Source of the DNA: a virus
Lineage: Duplodnaviria; Caudoviricetes
Strand: one strand, 5' to 3'
Length of the DNA stretch: 64,000 bases
IMG/VR virus record: IMGVR_UViG_3300037255_000025
Location: 96,001-160,000 of that record
Shown: positions 1 through 9,640 of the stretch, piece after piece
Numbering within the stretch: the stretch's first letter is position 1
Layout: each line of letters begins with the position of its first letter
Made by a program: the position numbers and the translations under genes
Notes under the pieces: model-generated
The model's input: only the letters and a program-made list of their open reading frames with translations
Databases searched by the model: none
What the model was told of the DNA's origin: nothing

Positions 1-142
1 CGACGAGTCAGGAACGGCTCCGCGGCCTGTTGGTCCAAGAGGTCCGGGCGTGGGGCCGGGACCGCGTGCTGGGCTCGACCCGGACCCCGGCCCAGTTGAA
101 GCTTTGGCGTGCTGAAGGCGATCACGAAGAGGAGGCCGCGTA

Positions 143-343
143 GTGGGCGCACATCTGGTCCGTGGAGAGTTTCAGTCCGATAAGTACCCCACCTGTCCGC
201 CTGGCAAGGTCCCGTTGAGCGTACGGGACCCGATGGCGCAGGATCTACTCTGGGAGTACGCGCAGAGACGAAGGGCGGTCGACGCCGAGTTCTCGGATGA
301 CCTCGAGACCGCGCTCCTTGCCGCAGGTTACGTGGCCGCTTAG
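143..343 (+). CDS. hypothetical phage protein
   Basis: 66-aa ORF whose stop overlaps the next start. Confidence 0.55.
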   Translation: MGAHLVRGEFQSDKYPTCPPGKVPLSVRDPMAQDLLWEYAQRRRAVDAEFSDDLETALLAAGYVAA

Positions 344-3300
344 TGGCGCGCGCAGCGGCACAGGCACTCGCGGGGTATTTCCCGGCGCCCAACGAGGCCG
401 TCGATCTCGCGCTGTCGCGCGTCGCGCTCGACCCGGGCAACCACGTCGTGTTCGACCCATGCGCGGGTGAGGGGGCCGCGGTCTACCGCTTGGCCGCGGG
501 CTTGTACGCGTCGCTGCCGCCGAAGGAGGCGAGCTACGTCGCGTACGACGACGCGCGGCCGACCTTGCCGGCGCTCAAGCATGTGTTCGCGTGTGAGATG
601 GAGGCGGGGCGGCACGCGAAGCTTGACCAAGCGCGCTGGCAGCACCTCGGCAGCAAGGTGCCGGTCACGACAGCACGCGGCGACGCGTTCGCGCTCGACC
701 TGGGACTCGACAGCAATAGCGACCCCGTGGGGCAGTGCTCGATCCTGTGGGCAAATCCGCCGTACGACCAGGACCCCGAGGCGGGTCCGGGCGGGCGTTT
801 GGAAGAGCGTTGGCTGAAGCGGTTTACGCCCGCGCTGGCGCCGGGCGGGGTCCTGTTGTTCCTCGTGCCGTACTACGCGCTCGCGGCCTCAGCCGACACG
901 ATCGCGCGTGAGTACGGCGTGGTGGAGTGTTGGCGGTTGCCCGGCGCGCTGTTCGACCAGTTCAAGCAGGTGCTGCTGGTCGCGCGGCGCGCTGCGGTGC
1001 CGCTGCACGAACCCGACGCCGCGGTCGCGCATCAGGTCAGGGCTTGGGCGGATGACGCTGACGCCACCCCCGAGCTGGGCGCAAGCCATCCGCCGCCCGT
1101 ACGGGTCCGCGGCCTAGAGGACGCGGCCACGGGCTTCGACGCGTTCTCGGTCCGCGCGCTGGACCTCGCGTTGGTTCGGGCTGCGTTGACCCCGTGGGAG
1201 TTCATCAAGCGAGGGTCCCGGGTCGCGGGCCGCGGTGTCCTGCCCGAGGGTCCGTTCGCGGACCTCATCACACGTCGTTACCCCGTTGCGACGCCGCCGC
1301 GCCCCCCGCACATCGCCGCCGGTATCGCGGCCGGCGCGTACAACGGCGCCCGTCTCCACAGCGACACCGCGGGCCTGCCCGACCTCTTGGTCAAGGGTTC
1401 GTTCTCCAAGCGGTTCCAGTGCGTCGAGGAGAAGTTCAATAAGGACGGGGATGTCGTGGCGGAGCTACAGGTCGAGCAGCCCCGGCTGGCCGTGACCGTG
1501 CTGGACCCCGCGGCGGGCCTGTACGTCGACCTGAAGGGTGAGGTCACGCCGAAGGTTGGGGCGACGCCGAAGCTCGCGGACTTCTCGGTGGGCGACCTCC
1601 TGCGACACTACGGGTCGTCGCTGATCGAGGTCCTGCGGCACCAGTGCCCCGCACTACATGACCCCTCACGCGACGAGGGCGTTCAGCCGGCGAGCTTTAC
1701 GCGGCAGCTCTTCCCGGCGCAGCGACACACGATCGCGGCGATCGTGAAGCTTCTCAAGGGAGAGGATCGGGCTGCCTTGCTGGTGGGCGAGACAGGTTGC
1801 GGCAAAACTGGGTGCAGTATCGCGGCCGTGACAGCGATGGGTTACCGCCGCCCGCTTGTGATGGCCCCCCCACACCTCGTTACCAAGAGCTGGCCCGACC
1901 AGGTTCGGGCTTGTTTGGGGGCCAAGGCGCGCGTCGTCGTCCTCGACAGCTTGGAGGCGGTCGACCGGCATGCCCGCGACCAGGATCCTGACGTTGTGTT
2001 TGCGATCTTGTCGCGGGAGGCCGCGAAGCTAGGCCACGCTTGGGAGGGCGCGGACCCTGGGTGGCGGACGGGACTGCCGCTCGCCGCGGGCTCGAAGGCT
2101 GGCGCGCGGGGCAAGAAACTCAAGCCGGTCAACCGTTGCCCTCGGTGCGGTTCACCCGTTCCGGTCGACGCTGACCAGGAGCCGTTGATGCCGGAGGTGC
2201 TGGCGCGTCGTCGGGTCCGGTGTGAGGTGGAGCTACGGGTTCCGAAGCTACCGGAACACCCGGCGGCCCCGACGGACGAGGAGCGGCGCGAAGGGTCGAT
2301 GGCCCGTTGGGCTGAGCGCCTCGGGGCTCTCTTGGGCCCGTGTGCCCCGTCGGACGCGTTGGTGCGGGAGGTCGCGCCCCGCGTGACCCGGTGGCAGATG
2401 GCGCGTCTGCTCAAGAAGAAGCAGTCGCGACCCTGGACGGCGGAGCGCGGCCGCGCGGCCTTCCTGTTGCTCGCGGCGGAGCTTCGACGGGCTTGGCAGC
2501 GGGGTGCGGAGGTCGCGCCCGTGGACGCGAGGCTCTACCTCTTGGCGCTTCACGCGGCCGCGGACCCTCGGGCGGTCTTGTGGGAGGCCCGGCGGCTCTA
2601 CTGGGCCTCGCGGACCAACGTGGAGGACTCCTATGGGCGCGAGGAGGGTCTGCGCGGGCTCGCGCGGGAGCTGTTGCTGTTGCTGCCGCGGGCCGAGCAA
2701 GACCTCGCCGCCGTGGAGCTTCGCGGTCGAATTGAGCTGAAAGGTCGCTACGGCTGGGACTGGGACGACTGGAATCGGGCGCGGGTCGACGGGGGCGCGC
2801 GTTGGATCGGGGGGTTCTATGTAGAGACCCGCGGAATTTCTGTCACGGTCGACAAAGCCGCGTCGGGTTCGATCGAGGCCGCGCGCGCCGTGTTGGCTTT
2901 GGTCATGGCGTCCGCAGCCTGGACGACCTTGCCCCCGTGCGGGGAGCCCTTGTTCCAAGCAGTGCCGCGGCCCCGGCGTTACCCGCTGGCGAATTACATT
3001 CGGGAACGTTACCCGCGCTGTTTCGACGCGTTGATCCAGGACGAGGCCCATGAAAACGCCTCAATCGGCAGTGCCCAGGGTCTCGCGTCGCAGCAACTCC
3101 TGAACCTGCGGCTACCGACGATCGCCTTGACGGGCTCGGTGATGAACGGGTACGCGAGTTCGCTGTTCACGCTCTTGTGGGGCTTGTCGTCGAGGTTCCG
3201 CGCGGAGTACGCGCGGGCCGACCAGGTCCGGTTCGTGCGGGACTGTGGGTACGTGAAACGGATGGTCGAGGTGAGCGCCTCGGGCGCAACCAAGGAGACC

Positions 3301-4329
3301 AACTTTGGGGCCCAGACGGACCTCCGCGACGGGGGGAAGATCGTCGGGCAGGCGCCCGGGGTGCTGCCGGCGCTTCTGCTGCGCCACCTCCTGCCCATCG
3401 CGGTGCCGCTCCAGCTCGAAGACCTCGAGCAGGCGTTGCCGCCCAAGACCGAGATCACGGTCGAGATTGAACCGTCTCCTGAGCTGCTCCGGCGGTACCA
3501 GAAGATGGAGCGCGGCCTGCGCGACCAGATCAAGCAGGACCGCTTCGTGAAGGGACTGTCCGGCCGGTTGTTCGGCGCTCTGACCGAGATGGTGTCGGCG
3601 CCCGACCGGCTCTCGCACGACACCGGCAACGAGGGCGCGTCGCGGCCGAACGCGTGGGAGACGCGCTACCCCCCGGGGTGCAGCGCTGCGGGTGGTCTTG
3701 TGGCGAGCGCGGAGGCGTTCCCGGTCGACCACCTGTTGCCCAAGGAGCGGTGGTTGATCCGGACGCTATGGGCCGAGCGCGCGGAGGGCCGGCGCGTGAT
3801 GGTGTTCGGGTGGCACCGGTCGGTCCTCGACCGGCTCGCGCACCTGATCGCGGACCTGACGGAGGAGGCGGTCGTGGTGTTGGACCCGGGAAAGGTGGCG
3901 CCGAAGGTCCGGGGGGCCTGGATCGATCGGGAGGTTGTCGCGAAGGGCGTACCGTTCTTGGTCGTGAACCCCGTGTGCGTTCAAACTGGCCTAAACTGTC
4001 TCACCTGGTTCCACTCGGTGGTCTGGTATGAAAACCCAAATTTCAGCCCGACGATCCGTCGGCAGGCCAACGGGCGGATTCGTCGGATCGGCCAGGAGAA
4101 GGAAGCGCGCTTCTTCACGCCGACCGTGTCGGACACGATGCAGCCGCTGGCGATGGAGCTGCTGATGGTGAAGCAGGGCGTCTCCGAGGCGACCGAGGGG
4201 CTGGACGCCGAGGCGTCGTTCACGGCCTCGGGCGTGGGCGACCCGAGCAGCGTGATCGCGGGGCGGGAGATCGGCCAGGTGTTGTTTGAAAAGATGCAGG
4301 AGCGCGACGACGCCGCCAAGAAGCTCTAA
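343..4329 (+). CDS. N6A/N4C DNA methyltransferase (DUF6094-like) fused to SF2/SNF2-like helicase
   Basis: N-terminal FDPCAGEG (SAM binding) and ANPPY; GETGCGKT Walker A, QDEAH motif II, LTGS motif III, QTGLNC, QANGRIRRIGQ motif VI; CPRCG Zn insert. Confidence 0.85.
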   Translation: MARAAAQALAGYFPAPNEAVDLALSRVALDPGNHVVFDPCAGEGAAVYRLAAGLYASLPPKEASYVAYDDARPTLPALKHVFACEMEAGRHAKLDQARWQHLGSKVPVTTARGDAFALDLGLDSNSDPVGQCSILWANPPYDQDPEAGPGGRLEERWLKRFTPALAPGGVLLFLVPYYALAASADTIAREYGVVECWRLPGALFDQFKQVLLVARRAAVPLHEPDAAVAHQVRAWADDADATPELGASHPPPVRVRGLEDAATGFDAFSVRALDLALVRAALTPWEFIKRGSRVAGRGVLPEGPFADLITRRYPVATPPRPPHIAAGIAAGAYNGARLHSDTAGLPDLLVKGSFSKRFQCVEEKFNKDGDVVAELQVEQPRLAVTVLDPAAGLYVDLKGEVTPKVGATPKLADFSVGDLLRHYGSSLIEVLRHQCPALHDPSRDEGVQPASFTRQLFPAQRHTIAAIVKLLKGEDRAALLVGETGCGKTGCSIAAVTAMGYRRPLVMAPPHLVTKSWPDQVRACLGAKARVVVLDSLEAVDRHARDQDPDVVFAILSREAAKLGHAWEGADPGWRTGLPLAAGSKAGARGKKLKPVNRCPRCGSPVPVDADQEPLMPEVLARRRVRCEVELRVPKLPEHPAAPTDEERREGSMARWAERLGALLGPCAPSDALVREVAPRVTRWQMARLLKKKQSRPWTAERGRAAFLLLAAELRRAWQRGAEVAPVDARLYLLALHAAADPRAVLWEARRLYWASRTNVEDSYGREEGLRGLARELLLLLPRAEQDLAAVELRGRIELKGRYGWDWDDWNRARVDGGARWIGGFYVETRGISVTVDKAASGSIEAARAVLALVMASAAWTTLPPCGEPLFQAVPRPRRYPLANYIRERYPRCFDALIQDEAHENASIGSAQGLASQQLLNLRLPTIALTGSVMNGYASSLFTLLWGLSSRFRAEYARADQVRFVRDCGYVKRMVEVSASGATKETNFGAQTDLRDGGKIVGQAPGVLPALLLRHLLPIAVPLQLEDLEQALPPKTEITVEIEPSPELLRRYQKMERGLRDQIKQDRFVKGLSGRLFGALTEMVSAPDRLSHDTGNEGASRPNAWETRYPPGCSAAGGLVASAEAFPVDHLLPKERWLIRTLWAERAEGRRVMVFGWHRSVLDRLAHLIADLTEEAVVVLDPGKVAPKVRGAWIDREVVAKGVPFLVVNPVCVQTGLNCLTWFHSVVWYENPNFSPTIRRQANGRIRRIGQEKEARFFTPTVSDTMQPLAMELLMVKQGVSEATEGLDAEASFTASGVGDPSSVIAGREIGQVLFEKMQERDDAAKKL

Positions 4330-4365
4330 CGCGGCGCTGACGAGGTAAGGAGCCCGCGGGAGGTC

Positions 4366-4572
4366 GTGATGGCGAGGAAGCTAGGTGAGGCGGTCTGGGT
4401 CGCGGCGGGCGTGTTGGACAGCGCGCTCGACGTCGCGGAAGCGATGGTGCCGGGGTTCTCGCGGTCGCGCCTGGACTGGTGGGCGACGCGTGTCTGCTTC
4501 CGCTGGATTCGGGTCGCGGTTGCGCTCGGGTACGACGGCCCCGGCGGCGCTCACGAGCGCGGCGAGGCGTAG
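4366..4572 (+). CDS. hypothetical protein
   Basis: Preceded by the GGTAAGG motif and GGAGG RBS. Confidence 0.5.
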   Translation: MMARKLGEAVWVAAGVLDSALDVAEAMVPGFSRSRLDWWATRVCFRWIRVAVALGYDGPGGAHERGEA

Positions 4573-4574
4573 CG

Positions 4575-5099
4575 TTGAGCACGGATGCCTACATGTTCGT
4601 GGAGCACCAGACGCCCGACGGCTCCTGGTCTCTGGTCGAAAAGCGGGCGATTTTGGTTCGACGTCAGGCACGCAAGCTCTACCGGGCCGGCCCGCTGAAT
4701 GCCTCGCGGCTCCGCGCGGGCGAGGCCGCGCTGTTGCTCGAGTCGGAGTCGCTTGACCCGTTTCGCCGGTACGATCAGAACCGCTGGTTTCTGGAGCGGG
4801 ACTACGTGTTGTTCGGTCTGCTGTCGGGCGCGCGTGACCATCGCCAGCCGGTCTATTCTGTGCGGGGTTTCCCGGCGGATCTCAGCGACCTAGGTCGCGC
4901 GCAGTTGCCGCTTGGCCTGCTGGCGTGGGATGCCTACGGGACTTGGCTCACGACGGCGGAGCTTCGGGCGGTTGATACGGTCTACAGGGCCGTGACCGGG
5001 TTTCCGCAACACAGCACCGCCTTGTTCGTTGACACGATTCGTCCGATGCTATGGGCGGGGCCCCCGGACCGCGTCCGCGCCGTCATGTGGTTCTCTTGA
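4575..5099 (+). CDS. hypothetical phage protein
   Basis: TTG start; N-terminus STDAYMFVE and C-terminus RVRAVMWFS resemble a common small phage family. Confidence 0.55.
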   Translation: MSTDAYMFVEHQTPDGSWSLVEKRAILVRRQARKLYRAGPLNASRLRAGEAALLLESESLDPFRRYDQNRWFLERDYVLFGLLSGARDHRQPVYSVRGFPADLSDLGRAQLPLGLLAWDAYGTWLTTAELRAVDTVYRAVTGFPQHSTALFVDTIRPMLWAGPPDRVRAVMWFS

Positions 5100-5527
5100 G
5101 CCTTCACCGGACCAGACCAGACGCCGGGTGGATCGCGGGGAAGCTCGCGGCGTGTCGCTATTGCGGGGGGCCGATCCCGTCGGGGCGGAGGACGTTTTGC
5201 TCGGGCCAACGGGGCCGGTTCCGTCGCGACCGCGGGGTCCTGCGGTTCCTCGTGCTTCCGGGTGGCTGCGTCCACGAGTTCTGCGTCCGGTCCAACGCTG
5301 CGTACGCGCGCAAGTGCGTTGAGGTCCGAGACGGTCGCGTGTGTGCTGTTTGCGGCGTCATGCAGCCCCGCGATGGTTGGCAGGCGGACCACATCGTGCC
5401 CGTCAGCCGGGGCGGCGGCGAGACCGGGCTCGACGGCTTGCGCACGCTGTGCACGGAGCACCACCGAGTCGAGACGAAGAAGCTGGCGCAGGAGCGCGCA
5501 GCCGAGAGGAGAGCGAAGAGATGTTGA
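5087..5527 (+). CDS. HNH endonuclease
   Basis: RDGRVCAVCG...WQADHIVPVSRGGG...LRTLCTEHH; N-terminal CRYC. Confidence 0.85.
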   Translation: MVLLSLHRTRPDAGWIAGKLAACRYCGGPIPSGRRTFCSGQRGRFRRDRGVLRFLVLPGGCVHEFCVRSNAAYARKCVEVRDGRVCAVCGVMQPRDGWQADHIVPVSRGGGETGLDGLRTLCTEHHRVETKKLAQERAAERRAKRC

Positions 5528-6081
5528 AGACGAGGAAACGACTCTTGTGCGACGTCGACGGCGTGCTGGCCGACTTTGCGTCCGCCGCGACGGCCGTGGC
5601 GGTTCGCGTTCTCGGGATGCCGTTCCCTGCGAACGCCCAGGACGAGTGGGACATGTTCCGGCACCTCCAGCCGGAAGATCGAGCCCGCGTGTACGAGGCT
5701 CTGCACGAGCCGGGGTTCTGTCGTGGGCTACTGCCGCTCCCTGGTGCTGTCGAGGGAATGCGCGAGTTTCGGGGGGTCGCGGACGTGTACTTCGTTACGA
5801 GCCCCATGCAGGGCATGACGTGGACACGCGAGCGCGAGCTGTGGCTGGCCGAGCACTTCGGGGCGTCGACTCGGGAGATTATCCACACGTCCGCGAAGCA
5901 CGTGTGCGTCGGTGACGCCCTGCTGGACGACAAAGTGCAGAACGTGGTGTCGTGGCAACGCTACCACCCTGAGGGGGTCGGCATCGTGTGGGACGCGCAG
6001 TACAACCGTCGGGCTGCCGTGCTTCACCGTGCTCGATCGTGGTCGGACGTGACTTCGATTCTTGGAGGAGAACCAACATGA
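5521..6081 (+). CDS. HAD-family 5'(3')-deoxyribonucleotidase (NT5C-like)
   Basis: CDVDGVLADF, FVTSP, K...GDALLDDK, YNR motifs. Confidence 0.85.
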   Translation: MLKTRKRLLCDVDGVLADFASAATAVAVRVLGMPFPANAQDEWDMFRHLQPEDRARVYEALHEPGFCRGLLPLPGAVEGMREFRGVADVYFVTSPMQGMTWTRERELWLAEHFGASTREIIHTSAKHVCVGDALLDDKVQNVVSWQRYHPEGVGIVWDAQYNRRAAVLHRARSWSDVTSILGGEPT

Positions 6082-7658
6082 TGAAGCGAACGATCCTGGG
6101 CGGCGTACGTGTGCTCTTGATCGACGACCTGTCTCCCGAGGACTTGGCCATGTGCATGGCCCTTTACGCGCGCTCCGGCGAGAGCGTCGAGGTCCACTAC
6201 GAGAAAGTCATGAAGGCGCGGCGGCGAGCGCTCTCGAGGGCGCTGGATCCGTGGGACTACCCCAACGGCGACCCGGAGGGCGACATCGTGGACGCCGTGA
6301 TGGATGTTTGGGGCGACAACCACCCGACCGCGCGCGCGGAGAAGCTCGGGAAGCAGTACGTTGTGGGGTACGGACACCGCAGCATCGCGGACAACGGGTA
6401 CACCGCACTGTTCTTCGAGGGCGTGTCGATGCTGGCCGCGAAGGCGATCCAAGACACGCCGCTGTACAACGGCCAGGAGATGTCCTCGCGGGCGGTTGAC
6501 TGTGGCGAGCAGCCCTACGTCGATCCGGTCGGTACCCCGGAGTCCCGCGCGGTGTTGGAAGGATGGCGCGCGTTGTACCGGCGCTGCTTGCTGGCTGCCG
6601 TGGACGAGACGATGGTGCGTCACCCGCGGCGCGAGCCCGAGGAGGACTTGGGCCAGTACAACCGCGCGGTCAACATGCGCGCGTTTGACGTCGCCCGGGC
6701 GATGCTGCCTTTCGGGTGCGCGACCCAGGTGGGTTGGAGCGGGACGCTGCGCCACGTCGGCGAGCGCCTCGGGGTCCTCAAGCACCATCCGAGCGCGGAG
6801 GTGCGGGCGCTCGCGGAGGTCGCGATCGAGCTGTGCCACGGGCGCTACCCGGGGTCCGGTTTCGGGGATGCGGTCGCGTCGGGCGTCGGGCTGCTGAACG
6901 AGCCGACCGAAGGCGCCATGGCACGCGACGCTTGGACCGCGCTCGCCGCGTCACTCGTGACCTACCGGCCGGAATTGGGTCGTCCGCTCAAGGAGAGCGT
7001 TTGCTACGACTTCGGTGAAATGAAGTCTGGCTGGCTCGGGAGCCCCGACCCCGACCTCGTGGAGGGTGAGCAGGCCTTTACCGAGAAGGTTCGTGATCTC
7101 CTCCAGTTGCGGCCGCGCGGCGCTTTGCTCCCGTGGAGCCTGACGAAGTACGGGCTGGCGGACTTTGAGTTCCCGCTGGACATGGGGTCCTGGCGCGACC
7201 TCCAGCGGCAGCGAGCGATGGTGGTGCCGACGCCGCTGCTCACGGCGGACCTCGGGTTCGAGCCGTGGTACCTCGACCAGTTGCCGGCACCCGGCGGCGA
7301 CAAGCGCGCGGGGAGCCTGGGGGACATCGGCGCGGAGGTCACGGCGTTGCTCCACCGGGCCAAGGCCGTGACGGACGACCCCGTGGCGCGGCAGTATTAC
7401 TTGCCGCTGGGCGCGAGGGTCCGCGCGCGCGTCTCGGCAGGTCTGCCGGGGCTCGTGTACTTCTTGGAGCTTCGGACGGGCAAGACCGTCCACCCGACGC
7501 TCCGCGCCCGGGCGCTCGAGATGGCACGTGCGTTCCGCCGGGGGTTTCCGGACGTTGCGATCCACGTTGACGAAGACCCGGATGGTTGGAGCCTGCGCAG
7601 GGGTGCCGCAACGCTCGCGGAACGCGTTAAGGTGGTTGAGTCAACGACCCCTCTCTGA
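6078..7658 (+). CDS. thyX: FAD-dependent thymidylate synthase, tandem-domain ThyX/Thy1 type
   Basis: YVVGYGHRSIAD, QEMSSR, FDVARAMLP, RDLQRQR, YFLELRT...HP. Confidence 0.8.
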   Translation: MMKRTILGGVRVLLIDDLSPEDLAMCMALYARSGESVEVHYEKVMKARRRALSRALDPWDYPNGDPEGDIVDAVMDVWGDNHPTARAEKLGKQYVVGYGHRSIADNGYTALFFEGVSMLAAKAIQDTPLYNGQEMSSRAVDCGEQPYVDPVGTPESRAVLEGWRALYRRCLLAAVDETMVRHPRREPEEDLGQYNRAVNMRAFDVARAMLPFGCATQVGWSGTLRHVGERLGVLKHHPSAEVRALAEVAIELCHGRYPGSGFGDAVASGVGLLNEPTEGAMARDAWTALAASLVTYRPELGRPLKESVCYDFGEMKSGWLGSPDPDLVEGEQAFTEKVRDLLQLRPRGALLPWSLTKYGLADFEFPLDMGSWRDLQRQRAMVVPTPLLTADLGFEPWYLDQLPAPGGDKRAGSLGDIGAEVTALLHRAKAVTDDPVARQYYLPLGARVRARVSAGLPGLVYFLELRTGKTVHPTLRARALEMARAFRRGFPDVAIHVDEDPDGWSLRRGAATLAERVKVVESTTPL

Positions 7659-7852
7659 AGGGAGGGGCTTGAGAAAGGAAGATTCACCACCTCTCCGATC
7701 AAGAGACCAAACCGTTGACTAGACATGTCGAAAGACAAGCTGAGCCAGCTAACCGTGGTAGGTTGAAACGACGTCTCGGGTGTCCCGCTAGCCCGGACCT
7801 TCTCGGCAGGCCAGCGTCGAAGCGAAGTACAGACAAGGGGCTTAACGCCATC
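7640..7852 (+). ncRNA. omegaRNA (HEARO/OMEGA-like scaffold); guide is the upstream flank ~7620-7639
   Basis: GTCAAC...GTTGAC pairing, several hairpins, directly upstream of the PLMP-domain gene. Confidence 0.75.
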
Positions 7853-8896
7853 ATGTTCGTTCCCGTCGTAGATCAGAAAAACCAGCCGCTCATGCCGACC
7901 TCGCCGGCACGAGCACGTCGCTGGATTGAAACCGGAAAGGCTACACCTTTCTGGAAACGCGGTGTGTTTTGCGTTCGCCTGAACGTCGAGCCCTCCGCAC
8001 GAGAGACGCAAACCATTGCCGTCGGGATTGACCCCGGCAGCAAGCGAGAGGGGTACACCGTCAAGAGCGAAGCACACACGTACCTGAACCTTCACGTCGA
8101 AGCTCGTACCGGCGTCAAGGAGGCCGTCGAGGCTCGCCGAAACATGCGGCGTGCGCGCCGCTTCAGAAAGACGCCGTGCAGGAAGAATCGTCTAAACCGA
8201 AGTCGAGGAGGGCTCCCGCCGAGCACGAAGGCTCGCTGGCAGTGGAAGCTTCGGCTAGCCGGATGGCTGGCGCGAATGTTTCCGATCGTTCGGTTCGTCG
8301 TAGAAGACATCGCTGCCGTGACGAAGAAAGGTCAGCGACGGTGGAACAAGTCGTTCAGCCCTCTCGAGGTGGGCAAGAAGTGGTTCTACCGAGAGTTGGC
8401 GAGAGTCGCTCGGGTGAGCACGAAGAAGGGCCACGAGACGAAAGAGATGCGGGACGCTTGCGGTCTCAAGAAGACCAGCAAGAAGCTCGAAGAGACGTTC
8501 GACGCGCACTGCGTTGACAGCTGGGTACTGGCCAACTCGTTCACCGGCGGCCACAACAAGCCCGACAACGTGGAGATCCTGTGCGTCGCGCCGCTCGCTC
8601 TGCGTAGACGCCAGCTTCACCTGATGCAGCCAGCCAAGGGCGGAGAGCGTCGACGTCATGGAGGAACGAGAAGTCTCGGGCTTCAACGAGGCAGCATCGT
8701 AAAGCACCCGAAGCACGGAATCACTTTCGTCGGCGGGACGCTGGGAGATCGTGTGAGTCTGCACGCGCTCGACACCGGCAAACGCCTCACGCAGAAAGCA
8801 AAGCCGGCTGATTGCCGAGTGCGCTCTCATAACTCGTGGCGTACCTGGACGCCCGAAATCAGCAAGAAAACCGAACGGGGCTCCTCCCCGACCTGA
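7853..8896 (+). CDS. isrB: IsrB RNA-guided nickase (PLMP/RRXRR, split RuvC, no HNH)
   Basis: QPLMPTSPARAR; VGIDPG (RuvC-I); Arg-rich bridge helix; VVEDI (RuvC-II); AHCVDS (RuvC-III); 347 aa with no HNH/CxxC insert. Confidence 0.85.
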   Translation: MFVPVVDQKNQPLMPTSPARARRWIETGKATPFWKRGVFCVRLNVEPSARETQTIAVGIDPGSKREGYTVKSEAHTYLNLHVEARTGVKEAVEARRNMRRARRFRKTPCRKNRLNRSRGGLPPSTKARWQWKLRLAGWLARMFPIVRFVVEDIAAVTKKGQRRWNKSFSPLEVGKKWFYRELARVARVSTKKGHETKEMRDACGLKKTSKKLEETFDAHCVDSWVLANSFTGGHNKPDNVEILCVAPLALRRRQLHLMQPAKGGERRRHGGTRSLGLQRGSIVKHPKHGITFVGGTLGDRVSLHALDTGKRLTQKAKPADCRVRSHNSWRTWTPEISKKTERGSSPT

Positions 8897-8925
8897 AGGA
8901 ACGGGGTTTCCGCCCCGGAAAATCG

Positions 8926-9501
8926 ATGACCGACGTTCGGATTGCCCTCGCGGGCGCAAGTGGCTGTGGGAAAACGACCCTCATGGACTTCCTCGCGCAG
9001 GAGCTAGGGCTTCCCGTGAACCCCGTGGGGTCGAGGTCGGTCGCGCTCGCGATGGGGTTCATGAACCCGTACGATGTTGACGCCGCGGGCCAACGGCCCG
9101 CGTTCCAGGAGCGCCTCGTGCGGGACAAGATCGCCTGGGAAGCTAAGACGCCGTCATTCGTCACCGACCGGACGACGGCGGACAATCTCGCGTACCACGC
9201 GCTGCACGCGCTCGACGACCTCACGGGCTTCGTCATCGACGCCGCGGCCGAGGGGATGCGGCGCTACACGCACGTTCTGTACTGCCCGCTGGCGGAGCAC
9301 CAGTCGCTCGCGGGCGACGCGGTACGCCGCGCGGGCCGGTCATACCACGAGGTCTACGACGCGCTGTTGTACGGGCTGCTGCACCGGTTCTGCGGCGACG
9401 CGGTCGTGCGGGTTTCGGGCGATGACCTCGCGCGCCGTAAGCAGTTCGTCCTCGCGACCGTGACGGGGTGGTTGTCGCCCTCGGCGGAGTCCCGGCGGTG
9501 A
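8926..9501 (+). CDS. P-loop nucleotide kinase (AAA_28/dNMP kinase-like)
   Basis: IALAGASGCGKTT; FVTDRT. Confidence 0.75.
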   Translation: MTDVRIALAGASGCGKTTLMDFLAQELGLPVNPVGSRSVALAMGFMNPYDVDAAGQRPAFQERLVRDKIAWEAKTPSFVTDRTTADNLAYHALHALDDLTGFVIDAAAEGMRRYTHVLYCPLAEHQSLAGDAVRRAGRSYHEVYDALLYGLLHRFCGDAVVRVSGDDLARRKQFVLATVTGWLSPSAESRR

Positions 9502-9640
9502 GCGCGCGACCGACGCGTTGGGGCGAAGCCGTCAACCTGTTGACGTACAGCGTACCTTTTACGCGGCCTCGGGCTTTCTCGTGCTTCGGGATCGAACACG
9601 AGGTTTTCACGGTCCGGGCGCTCGCTGAGGCGCTCTTCGG

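Larger units (their letters stand above)
7640..8925 (+). mobile_element. IS200/IS605-superfamily non-autonomous element carrying omegaRNA + isrB
   Basis: Starts GTCAACGACCCC; related subterminal hairpins CCCCTCTCTGAAGGGAGGGG (~7648-7668) and CCCCGACCTGAAGGAACGGGG (~8886-8906); removing it restores a GAA-TGA/ATG gene overlap. Confidence 0.85.

Noticed and set aside
7715-8896. IscB or Cas9 call, and a start at 7715
   Set aside because: No HNH domain between RuvC-II and RuvC-III, so IsrB; 7715-7852 lies in the omegaRNA and the PLMP domain starts at 7853.
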